DNA from: Acidimicrobiales bacterium
GTDB lineage: Bacteria; Actinomycetota; Acidimicrobiia; Acidimicrobiales; SHLQ01
Reading direction: 5' to 3'
NCBI GenBank assembly: GCA_020628865.1
Contig: JAHDEJ010000002.1
Location: 136,643 to 200,642 of the forward strand
Length of the DNA: 64,000 nt
Program-made: the position numbers and the translations under genes
The notes under the pieces: generated by a model
The model's database searches: none
The model's input: only the letters and a program-made list of their open reading frames with translations
Told to the model about the DNA's origin: nothing
In this document: one piece after another, positions 54,591 through 64,000 of the stretch
Position numbering within the stretch: position 1 is the stretch's first letter
How the letters are laid out: the number at the start of each line of letters is the position of its first letter

Positions 54591-55682
54591 CTACACGTCG
54601 TCGAACACGATCACGCTGCGCGTGACCCGTCCGGCGAGCATGGCGTCGAACGCGTCGTTGATGTCGTCGAGGGCGATCCGCTTCGTGATCATCTCGTCGA
54701 GCGGCAGCGTTCCGCCCAGGTACCGGTCGACCAGGCTCGGCATGTCGACCCGGAACCGATTCGACCCCATGTTCGAGCCGCGCAACGTCTTCTCGTAGAG
54801 CAGCTCCGACGCGTTGATCTCCAGCGTCTGATCCTCCGGCACCATGCCGATGATCGTCGCATCGCCGCCGGCGCGGAGCATGCGGAAGCACTGCTCCGAC
54901 GTCTCCTTCCGACCGAGTGCTTCGAAGGAGTACTCGACGCCACCGGCCGTCAACTCGATCACCGCCTCGACCGGGTCCACCTCGGTGGCATTGACCGTGT
55001 GCGTGGCACCCAGCTCAACAGCCTTTGCGAGCTTCTGCTCGGTCACGTCGACCGCGATGATCATTCCCGCACCCGCTGCGACCGCACCGAGAACGGCCGA
55101 CAGCCCAACGCCACCACAGCCGACGACGGCGACGGAATCGCCCACCTGCACCCGGGCGGTGTTCGTGACCGCCCCGAAGCCGGTCAGAACGGCGCACCCG
55201 ATCAGCGCCGCCCGATCCAGCGGCATGTCCTTGCGGATCTTGACCGCGGCCCGTTCCGAAACGAGCATCTGTTCGGCGTAGGAGGACAGATGATAGAGCT
55301 GGCCGATCGCCTCGCCTGCCTGATGCAGCCGGGGCGGAGCGTCAGCCGCACGATCCGCATTGTTGGTCTCGCAGAGATGACCTCGACCGGTCACGCACAG
55401 CTTGCACTGGCCACAGAACACCGACATGCAGGTGATCACGTGATCGCCCGGCACGACGTGGGTGACTCCCTCGCCGACTGCGTCCACCACGCCGGCTGAT
55501 TCGTGTCCCGGCACCACCGGAAGCTCCGTGGCATACGTGCCGTTCATGAAGTGCAGATCGCTGTGGCACACACCCACTGCAGCGGTGCGAATCCGGACCT
55601 CGTAGGGACCCGGATCGTCGACCTCGATGTCCTCGATCGTGAGGGGTGAACCAACCTGTCGGAGTACTGCGGCGCGCACCAT
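54591..55682 (-). CDS. Zinc-dependent alcohol dehydrogenase (class III / formaldehyde dehydrogenase-like)
   Basis: The motifs are GVCHSDLH, GHESAG, the structural zinc cysteines CGQCKLCVTGRGHLC, and the NAD motif GCGGVG. Confidence 0.9.
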   Translation of the reverse strand: MVRAAVLRQVGSPLTIEDIEVDDPGPYEVRIRTAAVGVCHSDLHFMNGTYATELPVVPGHESAGVVDAVGEGVTHVVPGDHVITCMSVFCGQCKLCVTGRGHLCETNNADRAADAPPRLHQAGEAIGQLYHLSSYAEQMLVSERAAVKIRKDMPLDRAALIGCAVLTGFGAVTNTARVQVGDSVAVVGCGGVGLSAVLGAVAAGAGMIIAVDVTEQKLAKAVELGATHTVNATEVDPVEAVIELTAGGVEYSFEALGRKETSEQCFRMLRAGGDATIIGMVPEDQTLEINASELLYEKTLRGSNMGSNRFRVDMPSLVDRYLGGTLPLDEMITKRIALDDINDAFDAMLAGRVTRSVIVFDDV

Positions 55683-55712
55683 GGCGGCACGCTATCGCAG
55701 CATGCCGAGCGC

Positions 55713-57248
55713 TCAGTGACCGGCGCCGACCTTGCCCGTGGTCTTCGAGTGCAGGTTCTCGGCGTGCTTGTTCAAGCCGACAAGATGTGCCTCGATGCCG
55801 CGTTCCGCGAACTTGGCGACGACGGCGTCGAGCGCAACGACCGAGGACGAGTCCCAGATGCGGGCGTTGCTGAGGTCGATCTCGACCCGCTTGACCTTCA
55901 CTGCGTCGTAGTCGAACGCGTGCACGAGATCGTTGGTCGAGGCGAAGAAGAGCTCACCCGACACGGCGAAGAGTCGCTCCGTGTTGTCCGGATCGACCAC
56001 GCTGGTCACGCGGACCACGTGGGACACGTGACGGACGAAGAACACGGCGGACAGCACCACACCCGCACCGACGCCGTAGGCGAGGTTGTGGGTGAACACG
56101 GTGATCAGCACCGTGGCGACCATGACGGCGGTCTCGGTGCGCGGCAGCGACCGCAGCATGTCCGGCTTGACCGAGCTCCAGTCGAACGTGCCGATCGAAA
56201 CCATGATCATGACGGCAACCAGTGCCGCCATCGGAATGCGGGCAACCCAGTCGCCGAGCACGAGGATCAGGACGAGCAGAAACACGCCCGATGCCAGCGT
56301 GGAGAGGCGGGTTCGGCCACCGGACCGGAAGTTGATCATGGACTGGCCGATCATGGCGCAACCGGCCATGCCGCCCAGGAAACCGGTGGCGATGTTCGCA
56401 ACGCCCTGGCCGCGAGACTCGAGGTTCTTGTCGGAGTCCGTGTCGGTCAGGTCGTCGAGCAGCTGTGCGGTGAGCAGGCTCTCAAGCAAGCCGACGAGCG
56501 CCAGCGTGATGGCGTACGGCAGGATGATCTGGAAGGTCTCGAGCGTGAAGGGAACGTCCGGCAGCGCCACCCAGGGAAGGGCATCCGGCAGCTCGCCCAT
56601 ATCGCCCACGGTCGGCAGGTCGATGCCGAAGCCGACGGCGATGCCGGCCAGGACCACGATCGCCACGAGCGGCGAGGGCACGGCGCTGGTGATGCGGGGA
56701 AGGCCGTAGATGATCGCCAGACCGGCGGCGATGAAGATCAGGTTCATGGTGAGCTGATCGCGGGGTGCGCCGTCCTCGTTGAGGAGGATGTGCGGCACCT
56801 GCGCCAGGAAGATGAGGATCGCCAACGCGTTCACGAAGCCGATCATCACGGTGCGCGGGACGAACCGCATGAGCTCGCCGACACCGAGCCAACCGAGCGC
56901 GACCTGCAGGATGCCGGCCAGGATCGTGGCGGCGAACAGGAAGCCGATGCCGTGCTCGGCGACAAGCGACACGACAACGAGTGCCATGGCGCCGGTCGCC
57001 GCGGAGATCATGCCCGGCCGACCACCGGTGAACGAGATCAGAATGGCGATCGAGAACGAGGCGTACAGGCCGACCTTCGGGTCGACGCCGGCGATGATCG
57101 AGAACGAAATCGCCTCGGGAATCAGTGCCAGGGCGACGACGAGGCCGGACAGCAGGTTGGCCTTCGGGTTCGAGAGCCATGCGGCTCGATCGAACACGCC
57201 ACCGCGCGCGCTCGCAGCAGTTTCTGCCGGTTTCTGCGTCGTTGTCAT
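55713..57248 (-). CDS. SulP-family anion transporter with a C-terminal STAS domain
   Basis: The start is MTTTQKPAE.... It is a multi-TM protein with SulP signatures ([14 protein letters not shown]) and a STAS-like tail. Confidence 0.9.
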   Translation of the reverse strand: MTTTQKPAETAASARGGVFDRAAWLSNPKANLLSGLVVALALIPEAISFSIIAGVDPKVGLYASFSIAILISFTGGRPGMISAATGAMALVVVSLVAEHGIGFLFAATILAGILQVALGWLGVGELMRFVPRTVMIGFVNALAILIFLAQVPHILLNEDGAPRDQLTMNLIFIAAGLAIIYGLPRITSAVPSPLVAIVVLAGIAVGFGIDLPTVGDMGELPDALPWVALPDVPFTLETFQIILPYAITLALVGLLESLLTAQLLDDLTDTDSDKNLESRGQGVANIATGFLGGMAGCAMIGQSMINFRSGGRTRLSTLASGVFLLVLILVLGDWVARIPMAALVAVMIMVSIGTFDWSSVKPDMLRSLPRTETAVMVATVLITVFTHNLAYGVGAGVVLSAVFFVRHVSHVVRVTSVVDPDNTERLFAVSGELFFASTNDLVHAFDYDAVKVKRVEIDLSNARIWDSSSVVALDAVVAKFAERGIEAHLVGLNKHAENLHSKTTGKVGAGH

Positions 57249-57381
57249 GACAACCCTTCGAATCGTGAGCCCAACTTCACCCACGGACAAAAGGGCGCTT
57301 GGTCATCATGCTATGTCGGCGCATCGGAGGGCCGGGTGTAGCTCCGGTCACACCGTGTGACAAATGCCCGGTTCGATCCGT

Positions 57382-58872
57382 TCAGATCGTGCCGTCGGCC
57401 AGCTTGGCCCGGACCTCGACCGCCCGCTCCCGGACCGCGTCGAGATCGGCCAGCCGACGCATGCCGGCCAGCTGCTGTCCCATCCGATGGTTGCCGCGGA
57501 GCGCGTCCTCGTTGCGGGCGAGGAAGTCCCAGTAGAGCGTGGTCAGCGGGCAGGCGTCCTCGCCGACTCGCTTCTTCGGGTTGTACCGGCATCCGGAGCA
57601 GTGATCGCTCATGCGATGGACGTAGGCCCCACCGGCCGCGTAGGGCTTCGTGGCCATCATTCCGCCATCGGCGTGCAGCGCCATGCCGACGACGTTCGGC
57701 AGCATGACCCACTCGGCCCCGTCGACGAACGTGGCCCACATCCACTGCGTCATCGCCTGGGGATCCACACCCGCAGTGAGCGCCAGGTTGCCGAGCACCA
57801 TCAGCCGCTCGATGTGGTGCGCGTAGCCGTTGTCGTGAACGTGGCGCATCACGCTCGAGAGACAGGCCATCTGCGTCTCGGCCTCGCCGGTGAACGCTGG
57901 GGGTACAGCCGCGTCCGCCGCGAGCTCGTTCATCGTGCGGTAGTCCGGCATCCACAGCCAGTAGACGCCCCACACGTACTCCCGCCAGCCCATCACCTGG
58001 CGGATGAAGCCCTCGACGCTGTTGATCGGCGCGTCGCCACGATGGAACGCCGCTTCTGCCGCCCGGACAACCTCCAGAGGCTCCAGAAGGCCGAGGTTCA
58101 TCGATGCGGCGAGCGTCGAATGCGCGAGCTTCCACTCGGCGTCGAGCATCGCATCCTCGTGCGCACCGAACGGGGCCAACCCGGTGCTGATGAATTCGTC
58201 GAGGCGCTGCAACGCCTGAGCGCGGGTCACCGGCCACTTCCCCGCCGGCGCCGCTCCCCACGTGTTCTCCATGCCTGCGAGCACGTCCTCGTCGATCGCA
58301 TCGAGTTCGAAGGAGGTGATGGCCGGCCAGGCCCGTCCGTCCTTCGGCGGGGGTTCCCGGTTGTCGTGGTCGAAGTTCCAGGCGCCAGCGACCGGTTCCG
58401 CGCCATCCATCAGGATGTCGTAGCGAGTTCGTTGCCAACGATAGAAGTGCTCCATCGTGAGGCGCTTGCGCCCCTCGGCCCACTCCGCGAACTCGCTCGG
58501 ATGGCAGAGAAACTGGTTGTTCCGAGTGACCTCGACCCCCAACCGCTCCAGCATCTCTCGACCGTCCCAGCTCATCGGCTCCATGGCGATCACCTGGTCG
58601 ACGTCGAACTCGGCGACATGCGCACGGACGCCGGCGGGGAGCGTCGCAGCGACGCGATGGTCGACCTCGAATCCCTCGGCGCGGAGTTCCTCGGCGAAGT
58701 GCCGCATCGCAGACAGCACGAGATGCAGACGCTGCACGTGCCAGCGCTTCGACGCCCGCTTGGCGGTGCTCTCGACGAGCAGAATGCGACAGTCCTCGGG
58801 CGTCCGATCCGCCAACGGGGCGATTGAACGGTTGAGTTGATCGCCGAGAATCCAGATCGTTGGCCGTGTCAT
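57382..58872 (-). CDS. Cryptochrome/photolyase family protein of the FeS-BCP (CryB/PhrB, (6-4) photolyase-like) type
   Basis: The start is MTRPTIWILGDQLN.... Cysteines at QMACLS and HCSGCRYNPKKRVGEDAC give C...C-x2-C-x12-C spacing, consistent with the [4Fe-4S] ligands of this family (from memory). Confidence 0.82.
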   Translation of the reverse strand: MTRPTIWILGDQLNRSIAPLADRTPEDCRILLVESTAKRASKRWHVQRLHLVLSAMRHFAEELRAEGFEVDHRVAATLPAGVRAHVAEFDVDQVIAMEPMSWDGREMLERLGVEVTRNNQFLCHPSEFAEWAEGRKRLTMEHFYRWQRTRYDILMDGAEPVAGAWNFDHDNREPPPKDGRAWPAITSFELDAIDEDVLAGMENTWGAAPAGKWPVTRAQALQRLDEFISTGLAPFGAHEDAMLDAEWKLAHSTLAASMNLGLLEPLEVVRAAEAAFHRGDAPINSVEGFIRQVMGWREYVWGVYWLWMPDYRTMNELAADAAVPPAFTGEAETQMACLSSVMRHVHDNGYAHHIERLMVLGNLALTAGVDPQAMTQWMWATFVDGAEWVMLPNVVGMALHADGGMMATKPYAAGGAYVHRMSDHCSGCRYNPKKRVGEDACPLTTLYWDFLARNEDALRGNHRMGQQLAGMRRLADLDAVRERAVEVRAKLADGTI

Positions 58873-58915
58873 CGTGGCCGACGGTAGCCAAGGCCGGCCC
58901 AAGGCGAAGGACCGA

Positions 58916-60049
58916 TCAGTCGCCGAGCATCCGATCGGCGTACCAATGGGCGAACCGGGCCACGCTCGGTTCGAGGTGGCTGAACCGCCCTGCGGTTGCG
59001 AATGGGGACGCCAACCCCCGCTGTTGTGCCTCGAGCACCGGAATGTCCTCGCCGATCGCCACGTCGAAGCGTTCGTAGTAGGACCCGACCTTGGCGGCGA
59101 AGTCCGGCTTTGCGATGGTCTCGGGCGGAAAGGCGACGACCTGCGCACAGCGGCAGCGATCGGGTCCGTCCGGATACACCTCGTACATCCACATGCACTC
59201 GACGCCCAGTGCGGCCACGATGTTCGGGAACAACCACGTGTAGCGAACGCCCTCGGCTTCCCGACCGACCAGCTCAGGCATCAACGGCAGCGCATCGCCT
59301 CGGTGGGTGTCGAGCAGACCGGCCGTCCCGGTGGTGACGCCGAACTGGGTGGCGAACGCACCAGCCACGGCTTCCGGCTCATCCGGATCCTCGTAGCTGT
59401 CGTCGATGCTGCCGGGGTGCACATACGGCAGGTGGTAGTACTCGTTGAAGACCTCGGCAAAGGCCTTCCAGTTGCAGTCCACCGTGAATTCACGGCGGCG
59501 GGTCGTGACCAGGTCCGCGACCGGCCAGGGGGCATGGATCTGCGGAAACCCGGACAACCAGTCGTCGATCGGTGGCGGGTTCGACGCCAGGCTGACGAAC
59601 ACGAACCCGTGGCGTTCGTCGATCGAGAAGCGATGCAGGCCGTGCTCCTCCCGGTCGAAGTCCACCGTGTGGTGCATCTGCGGCGCACCGACCAGGCGAC
59701 CCTCCAGGTCGTAGGTCCAGGCATGGAACGGGCACCGGAAACGTGCGCACTCCTCCGACCCCGCCAACAACTCCGCGCCCCGATGCCGGCAGACGTTCGC
59801 CATTGCCGAGAGCACCCCGGTTTCGGTGCGGCTGACGAGCACCGAGACGGACCCGATCCTCTCGCTCGTGACCGATCCCGGAGCGAAACGATCCGACCGC
59901 CCCACGCCGACCCATCCACCTCGGAAGATCCGCTCGTCCTCCTGCGCATGACGCTTCGGGTCCGTGTAGTACTCCGGCGGAATCGACCACGCCTCCAACG
60001 CGTCGGCACGACATGCGTCCAACGAGCGGTGGCGGTCGGGCGATGACAT
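58916..60049 (-). CDS. Rieske [2Fe-2S] aromatic-ring-hydroxylating oxygenase, alpha subunit-like
   Basis: The Rieske motif is CRHRGAEL...CPFHAWTY. The catalytic-domain pattern is NEYYHLPYVHP. Confidence 0.85.
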   Translation of the reverse strand: MSSPDRHRSLDACRADALEAWSIPPEYYTDPKRHAQEDERIFRGGWVGVGRSDRFAPGSVTSERIGSVSVLVSRTETGVLSAMANVCRHRGAELLAGSEECARFRCPFHAWTYDLEGRLVGAPQMHHTVDFDREEHGLHRFSIDERHGFVFVSLASNPPPIDDWLSGFPQIHAPWPVADLVTTRRREFTVDCNWKAFAEVFNEYYHLPYVHPGSIDDSYEDPDEPEAVAGAFATQFGVTTGTAGLLDTHRGDALPLMPELVGREAEGVRYTWLFPNIVAALGVECMWMYEVYPDGPDRCRCAQVVAFPPETIAKPDFAAKVGSYYERFDVAIGEDIPVLEAQQRGLASPFATAGRFSHLEPSVARFAHWYADRMLGD

Positions 60050-60094
60050 GGGCGAATGGTAGATGCGGGCGCCGGCGACGGTCCACGCCGCCAC

Positions 60095-61084
60095 TCAGCC
60101 GGGTGCGGCCGCCCAATCGAACTCGTGCACGTGTTGGGTGCCGACGACGCCCTTCAACTGCACCGGCTGCGGTTCGCCGAAGGTGAGATCCCCTCGAGCC
60201 GCCGTGATCTCGCGGACGATCGACGACACGAGCACCTGCGCGCCCTCCGCCAGGTTCGCCACCCGAGCGGCGATGATCACGTGCCGACCGAACAGGTCGC
60301 CCGAGGCATCGTGGATGGCCTCACCGGTGTGGCAGCCGATTCGGACACGAATCGCCCGCTGCGGATCCACGGCTTCGTGCCCCTGGAGATCCGCCTGCAC
60401 CCCGGCCGCACACAGCAGGGCGCGCCGAGCACTGCCGAAGGTGACCATGTACCCGTCGCCCTGGTTCTTGATGATCCGTCCGCCGTGTCGCTGCACCTGC
60501 TGTTCGAAGATCCGGTTGTGGTGCCCGAGCACGTCCATCCAGGCCACATCACCCATCGCCAACGCCTTCTCCGTGGACGATTCGATGTCGCTGAACATGA
60601 TCGTGACCGTGTCGTCGGCACCCATCGCCTGCTGAATTGCGTCCGAGTCGGAGGTGGCGACGTCCATCGCCACGTTCTCGATGCTGGTGCGACGAATGTC
60701 CTCGGTGCCGGCGGACGGGCGGACCGGCCGGACCACGTCGGCCGCACCGATCATGGTGTCGCGAGGATTCGGCACGACTTTGGTGTCGCGTCCCACCGGT
60801 ACCCGGTGGAGCGTGATCACGGTGCTTCCCAACTCGATCCGTGAGCTGGAGAGGAGCGCCACAGGTGCGCCGATGCGCTGCCCGTCGAGGAACGTCCCGT
60901 TGCTCGAGCCCAGGTCGGTCACGATGAGCCGGCCGTGTTCGTTGCGGATCTCCAGATGCCGGCGGGACACACGTTCGTCGACGAGGAGCAGGCCGTCACA
61001 TTCACGACCGATGTCGAGCACGTCGTCCACGAGCACATAGAGGGGCTTGCGTCCCTCCTGTTGCACGACGATCACGTTGTCCAT
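60095..61084 (-). CDS. FHA domain fused to a class III adenylate/guanylate cyclase
   Basis: The FHA region is IGRECDGLLLVDERVSRRHLEI...VTDLGSSNGTFLDG. The cyclase region is TIMFSDIESST...GDGYMVTF...ARV. ATG 61093 is an alternative start. Confidence 0.85.
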   Translation of the reverse strand: MDNVIVVQQEGRKPLYVLVDDVLDIGRECDGLLLVDERVSRRHLEIRNEHGRLIVTDLGSSNGTFLDGQRIGAPVALLSSSRIELGSTVITLHRVPVGRDTKVVPNPRDTMIGAADVVRPVRPSAGTEDIRRTSIENVAMDVATSDSDAIQQAMGADDTVTIMFSDIESSTEKALAMGDVAWMDVLGHHNRIFEQQVQRHGGRIIKNQGDGYMVTFGSARRALLCAAGVQADLQGHEAVDPQRAIRVRIGCHTGEAIHDASGDLFGRHVIIAARVANLAEGAQVLVSSIVREITAARGDLTFGEPQPVQLKGVVGTQHVHEFDWAAAPG

Positions 61085-61177
61085 CGACCGCACCTCTCCC
61101 GTCCCACGCCAGACGCCCTGGCAGTGGGCCGCCCACGACGCAACCCTAGTCGGGGTGGCTCGGGTGGCCGAATGCGG

Positions 61178-61927
61178 TCAGCCGCGCTGTGCCAGCGCCT
61201 CGCGCTCCCGAACCTGACCGGGAAGATGCGCACGAGCGAAGTCGATGTCGTGCTGCAGCACGATGTCAAGAAGTTCCATACGGTCGTCGGTCTGCTTCCA
61301 CGGGACCGGCACGTAGATCGGCAGCTCGAATCGGCGAAGCTGGTCGAGTCCGCTGTAGATCAGCTTCTGGTACTCGTAGCGCTCCGACCATTCCCAGTGC
61401 GCCGGGGCGAAGCCGGTACCCGGATCGAGGTAGCAGCGGTCGCGGAGCCCGAACCGTTCCATCTCCACGAGACGCTCGCCGAACCACGACACCATCACCT
61501 CGACGGGGTCGCCTTCCACGTGCTTCAGGTGGCGGGGATCCGGCCCCAACATGAACGGCAGCACCACCGGGCACTCCCGTTCAGCAGCGAACCGCAGCAT
61601 CTCCTCGTCCTGCAGCGCGTCCGCGGCATTGAGGACGGACGCACCGGCGTCGAACGCCCGGCGAGCCGTCTCCACCTGCCAGGTGTCGACCGAAACCGTC
61701 ACGCCAAGCTCGAGCAGGCCGAGCAGCGGGCCCTCGAGAATCGCCCACTCCTCGTCGGGAGTGACCATCGCCGCGTCGCCGTGACTGGCCTGCCCACCGA
61801 GGTCGAGGTGGTTCGCACCATCGTCGAGCAGTTGCTGTCCGAGCGCCTTTGCGTCTTCACGTGTCGTCGCCACCGAAAAGTCGGCGAGCGAGTCCGGGGA
61901 TGCGTTGACCACGCCAAAGATCTCCAT
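61178..61927 (-). CDS. Dihydropteroate synthase-like (pterin-binding) protein
   Basis: The translation GVVNASPDSLADFS...HLDLGGQAS... fits the DHPS TIM-barrel pattern but diverges at canonical motifs. No other folate genes are adjacent. Confidence 0.65.
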   Translation of the reverse strand: MEIFGVVNASPDSLADFSVATTREDAKALGQQLLDDGANHLDLGGQASHGDAAMVTPDEEWAILEGPLLGLLELGVTVSVDTWQVETARRAFDAGASVLNAADALQDEEMLRFAAERECPVVLPFMLGPDPRHLKHVEGDPVEVMVSWFGERLVEMERFGLRDRCYLDPGTGFAPAHWEWSERYEYQKLIYSGLDQLRRFELPIYVPVPWKQTDDRMELLDIVLQHDIDFARAHLPGQVREREALAQRG

Positions 61928-62007
61928 CGCAGAAACCCTACGACTACGTCACCGGCTGTCGCGGACCAAACCGGTCCATTGTGTGAACAGGTGTCACAGC
62001 GGTTGGA

Positions 62008-62817
62008 TCAGCGCGAGCCGTCCCACCCGATCGCTTGTGCAATGGCCTTGCGGGCGCCGATCGGGTCTTCGATCGGCATGAAGTGCCCGATCTTGTCCAT
62101 GCGGATGACGCTCTTGTTCTCCACGGCATCGACCAGGTCGCCCGACGCCCGGATCGGCGTCATCTTGTCTTCCGTGCCCAGCACGAAGGTGACCGGAACC
62201 GTGAGCTTGCCGGCCGCTTCAACCGCACCGGTGTAAGCGTTGCAGGCAGCCATGTCGTGGCCCAGCGCATTCTCCGGCGAACGGTCCACCAACGCAGTGG
62301 CCGCACCGATCAACCACGTTCCCGGAGACGGGTGACCGCCCCGATGGGCACGGGCCCCGATGCCCCACGACGTCATCAGGCGACTGGCGTGCGGGATGTC
62401 GTCGTATGCGCTGGTCAGCAGTTCGGGATGTACCGGCATGGTCGCCGCCGTGCCGATCAGGACGAGCGAGGCAGCGCAGCTCGGGTCGTGTGCTGCCGCT
62501 TCGAGCGCCACGTAGGTCCCGAGCGAGAAGCCGACAAGGTGCGCCGGCCCGAGCCCGAGGTGCGAGATCAGACCTGCGGTCCAAACTCCCATCTCCTCGA
62601 TCGTCTCGAGCGGCGGGCCGTCCGTGGAGCCGTGCCCCGGGAGGTCGATGGCCGCCACCCGATAGCCGTGGTGGGCGAGCCACCGATTCTGGAGCTGCCA
62701 GGTGGTCCGGTCCATGCCGGATCCGTGGAGCAGCACGACCGCAGGCTTGGACGCGTCGGAGTGGTCCCGTCCGCCCGTGGCAATCGTGACCGAGCGACCG
62801 TCGTAGTCGACCTTCAT
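62008..62817 (-). CDS. Alpha/beta hydrolase
   Basis: The motifs are VVLLHGSGMD and the nucleophile elbow VGFSLGT. Confidence 0.8.
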   Translation of the reverse strand: MKVDYDGRSVTIATGGRDHSDASKPAVVLLHGSGMDRTTWQLQNRWLAHHGYRVAAIDLPGHGSTDGPPLETIEEMGVWTAGLISHLGLGPAHLVGFSLGTYVALEAAAHDPSCAASLVLIGTAATMPVHPELLTSAYDDIPHASRLMTSWGIGARAHRGGHPSPGTWLIGAATALVDRSPENALGHDMAACNAYTGAVEAAGKLTVPVTFVLGTEDKMTPIRASGDLVDAVENKSVIRMDKIGHFMPIEDPIGARKAIAQAIGWDGSR

Positions 62818-62828
62818 GTCCTGTCCCC

Positions 62829-64000
62829 CTATCGCTGCGACGCTTTGAGCGCCCGAGCCAGATCGTCGATGATGTCCCGTTCGTCCTCGAGGCCGACCGA
62901 CAGCCGGACGAGGTCCTCCCCCACACCGGCGGCCTCCAACGCCTCAGCCGACATCTGCTGATGCGTGGTGGAGGCCGGATGCACGACGAGCGTGCGGGCA
63001 TCGCCCACGTTGGCGAGGTGCGAGGCGAGCTTCACGTTCTCGATGAACTTGCGACCCGCGTCGCGGCCGCCCTTCACTCCGAAACTCAGGATCGCTCCGG
63101 CACCGTCCGGGTAGAGGCGCTTGGCGAGCTCGTGGTCCGGATGCGAGGGCGCCGTCGGGTGCTGCACCCAGCTCACGGCATCGTGCTCCACCAGCATGTT
63201 CACCACGGCGTTCGCGTTGGACACGTGCTGGCGCATGCGCAGCGGAAGCGTCTCGATGCCCTGGATGATCTGGAACGCATTCATCGGGCTGATCGACGCT
63301 CCGAAGTCGCGCAGACCCTCAGCCCGAGCCCGGGTGATGAAGGCAGCCGGACCGAACTCCTCGGCAAACGAAAGGCCGTGGTAGCCGGCGTACGGCTCGG
63401 TGAGGGTGGGGAACTTGCCGCTCGCTTCCCAGTCGAAGTGCCCGCCATCGACCAGCACACCGCCGAGGGCGACGCCATGACCGGCGAGGAACTTCGTCAT
63501 CGAGTGCATGACGATGTCGGCCCCGTGTTCGATCGGCTTGATCAGGTACGGCGTGGCGAACGTGGAGTCGACCATCAGCGGCAGACCGTTGCGATGCGCG
63601 ACGTCGGCGATCGCCTCGATGTCCATCACCTCGATCCCCGGGTTGCCGAGCGTCTCGCCGTAGATCAGCCGGGTGTCTTCGGTGATCGCCGCCTCGAATG
63701 CCGCCGGATCACGCGGATCGACGAACGTGGTGGTGATGCCGAACCGCGGCAACGTCTGCACGAGGATGTTGGCCGTGCCGCCGTAGAGGTTGCGGGCCGC
63801 AACGATGTGGCCGCCCTGCCCCATCAGCGTTGCCACGCCGAGATGGAAGGCCGCCATGCCGGAGGCCGTCGCCACCGCACCGACACCACCCTCGAGCGCC
63901 GCCACCCGCTCCTCGAGCACCGCCGTCGTCGGGTTGGAAATGCGGGAGTAGATGTGGCCCGGGATCTCCATGTTGAACAGGCCTGCAGCGTGATCCGTGT
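62829..64000 (-). CDS. metY: O-acetylhomoserine aminocarboxypropyltransferase/sulfhydrylase (5' end outside window)
   Basis: The motifs are YSRISNPT and the PLP-lysine region HSMTKFLAGHG. The frame stays open upstream of the internal Met at 63971 (..TDHAAGLFNMEIPG..), so the true start lies beyond the window. Confidence 0.9.
   Translation of the reverse strand, partial: TDHAAGLFNMEIPGHIYSRISNPTTAVLEERVAALEGGVGAVATASGMAAFHLGVATLMGQGGHIVAARNLYGGTANILVQTLPRFGITTTFVDPRDPAAFEAAITEDTRLIYGETLGNPGIEVMDIEAIADVAHRNGLPLMVDSTFATPYLIKPIEHGADIVMHSMTKFLAGHGVALGGVLVDGGHFDWEASGKFPTLTEPYAGYHGLSFAEEFGPAAFITRARAEGLRDFGASISPMNAFQIIQGIETLPLRMRQHVSNANAVVNMLVEHDAVSWVQHPTAPSHPDHELAKRLYPDGAGAILSFGVKGGRDAGRKFIENVKLASHLANVGDARTLVVHPASTTHQQMSAEALEAAGVGEDLVRLSVGLEDERDIIDDLARALKASQR

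Overview
High-GC, Actinomycetota-type chromosomal segment with about 60 protein genes and 4 tRNA genes, mostly housekeeping and metabolic. In order it holds folC (partial), a translationally coupled non-Pyl MttB methyltransferase plus OYE/FAD flavoprotein pair, and clpX-clpP-tig. Next come tRNA-Gly and a three-gene redox cluster whose last gene is a TGA-interrupted UGSC-type selenoprotein that the ORF track splits in two. These are followed by an acyl-ACP desaturase, udk, and two tandem GGDEF-EAL proteins separated by tRNA-Arg. Downstream of tRNA-His and tRNA-Lys lies an ~8.9 kb integrative mobilizable element bounded by 99-bp imperfect direct repeats of the tRNA-Lys 3' half. It carries an integrase, MobF relaxase, excisionase-like HTH, an HTH/PIN toxin-antitoxin pair, a lipoprotein and cargo of unknown function. 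The right part holds an amber-interrupted lipoprotein gene, a hydrolase/AraC pair, a macrodomain cluster, CotH-DUF4956-VTC, and a GNAT plus amino-acid ABC operon bracketed by two clusters of a palindromic repeat family. After these come pip, ALDH, an ECF sigma/anti-sigma pair, csp, an LAxTG surface protein, a third GGDEF-EAL, LLM oxidoreductase, ADH, SulP, an FeS-type photolyase, a Rieske oxygenase, an FHA-cyclase, a DHPS-like gene and metY (partial). The best candidate for an undescribed system is the flavoprotein disulfide reductase, Trx-fold fusion and UxxCxxC selenoprotein cluster at 8.9-12.3 kb. The island cargo and the repeat family are secondary leads. All family assignments come from reading the translations and recalling motifs; no database search was run.
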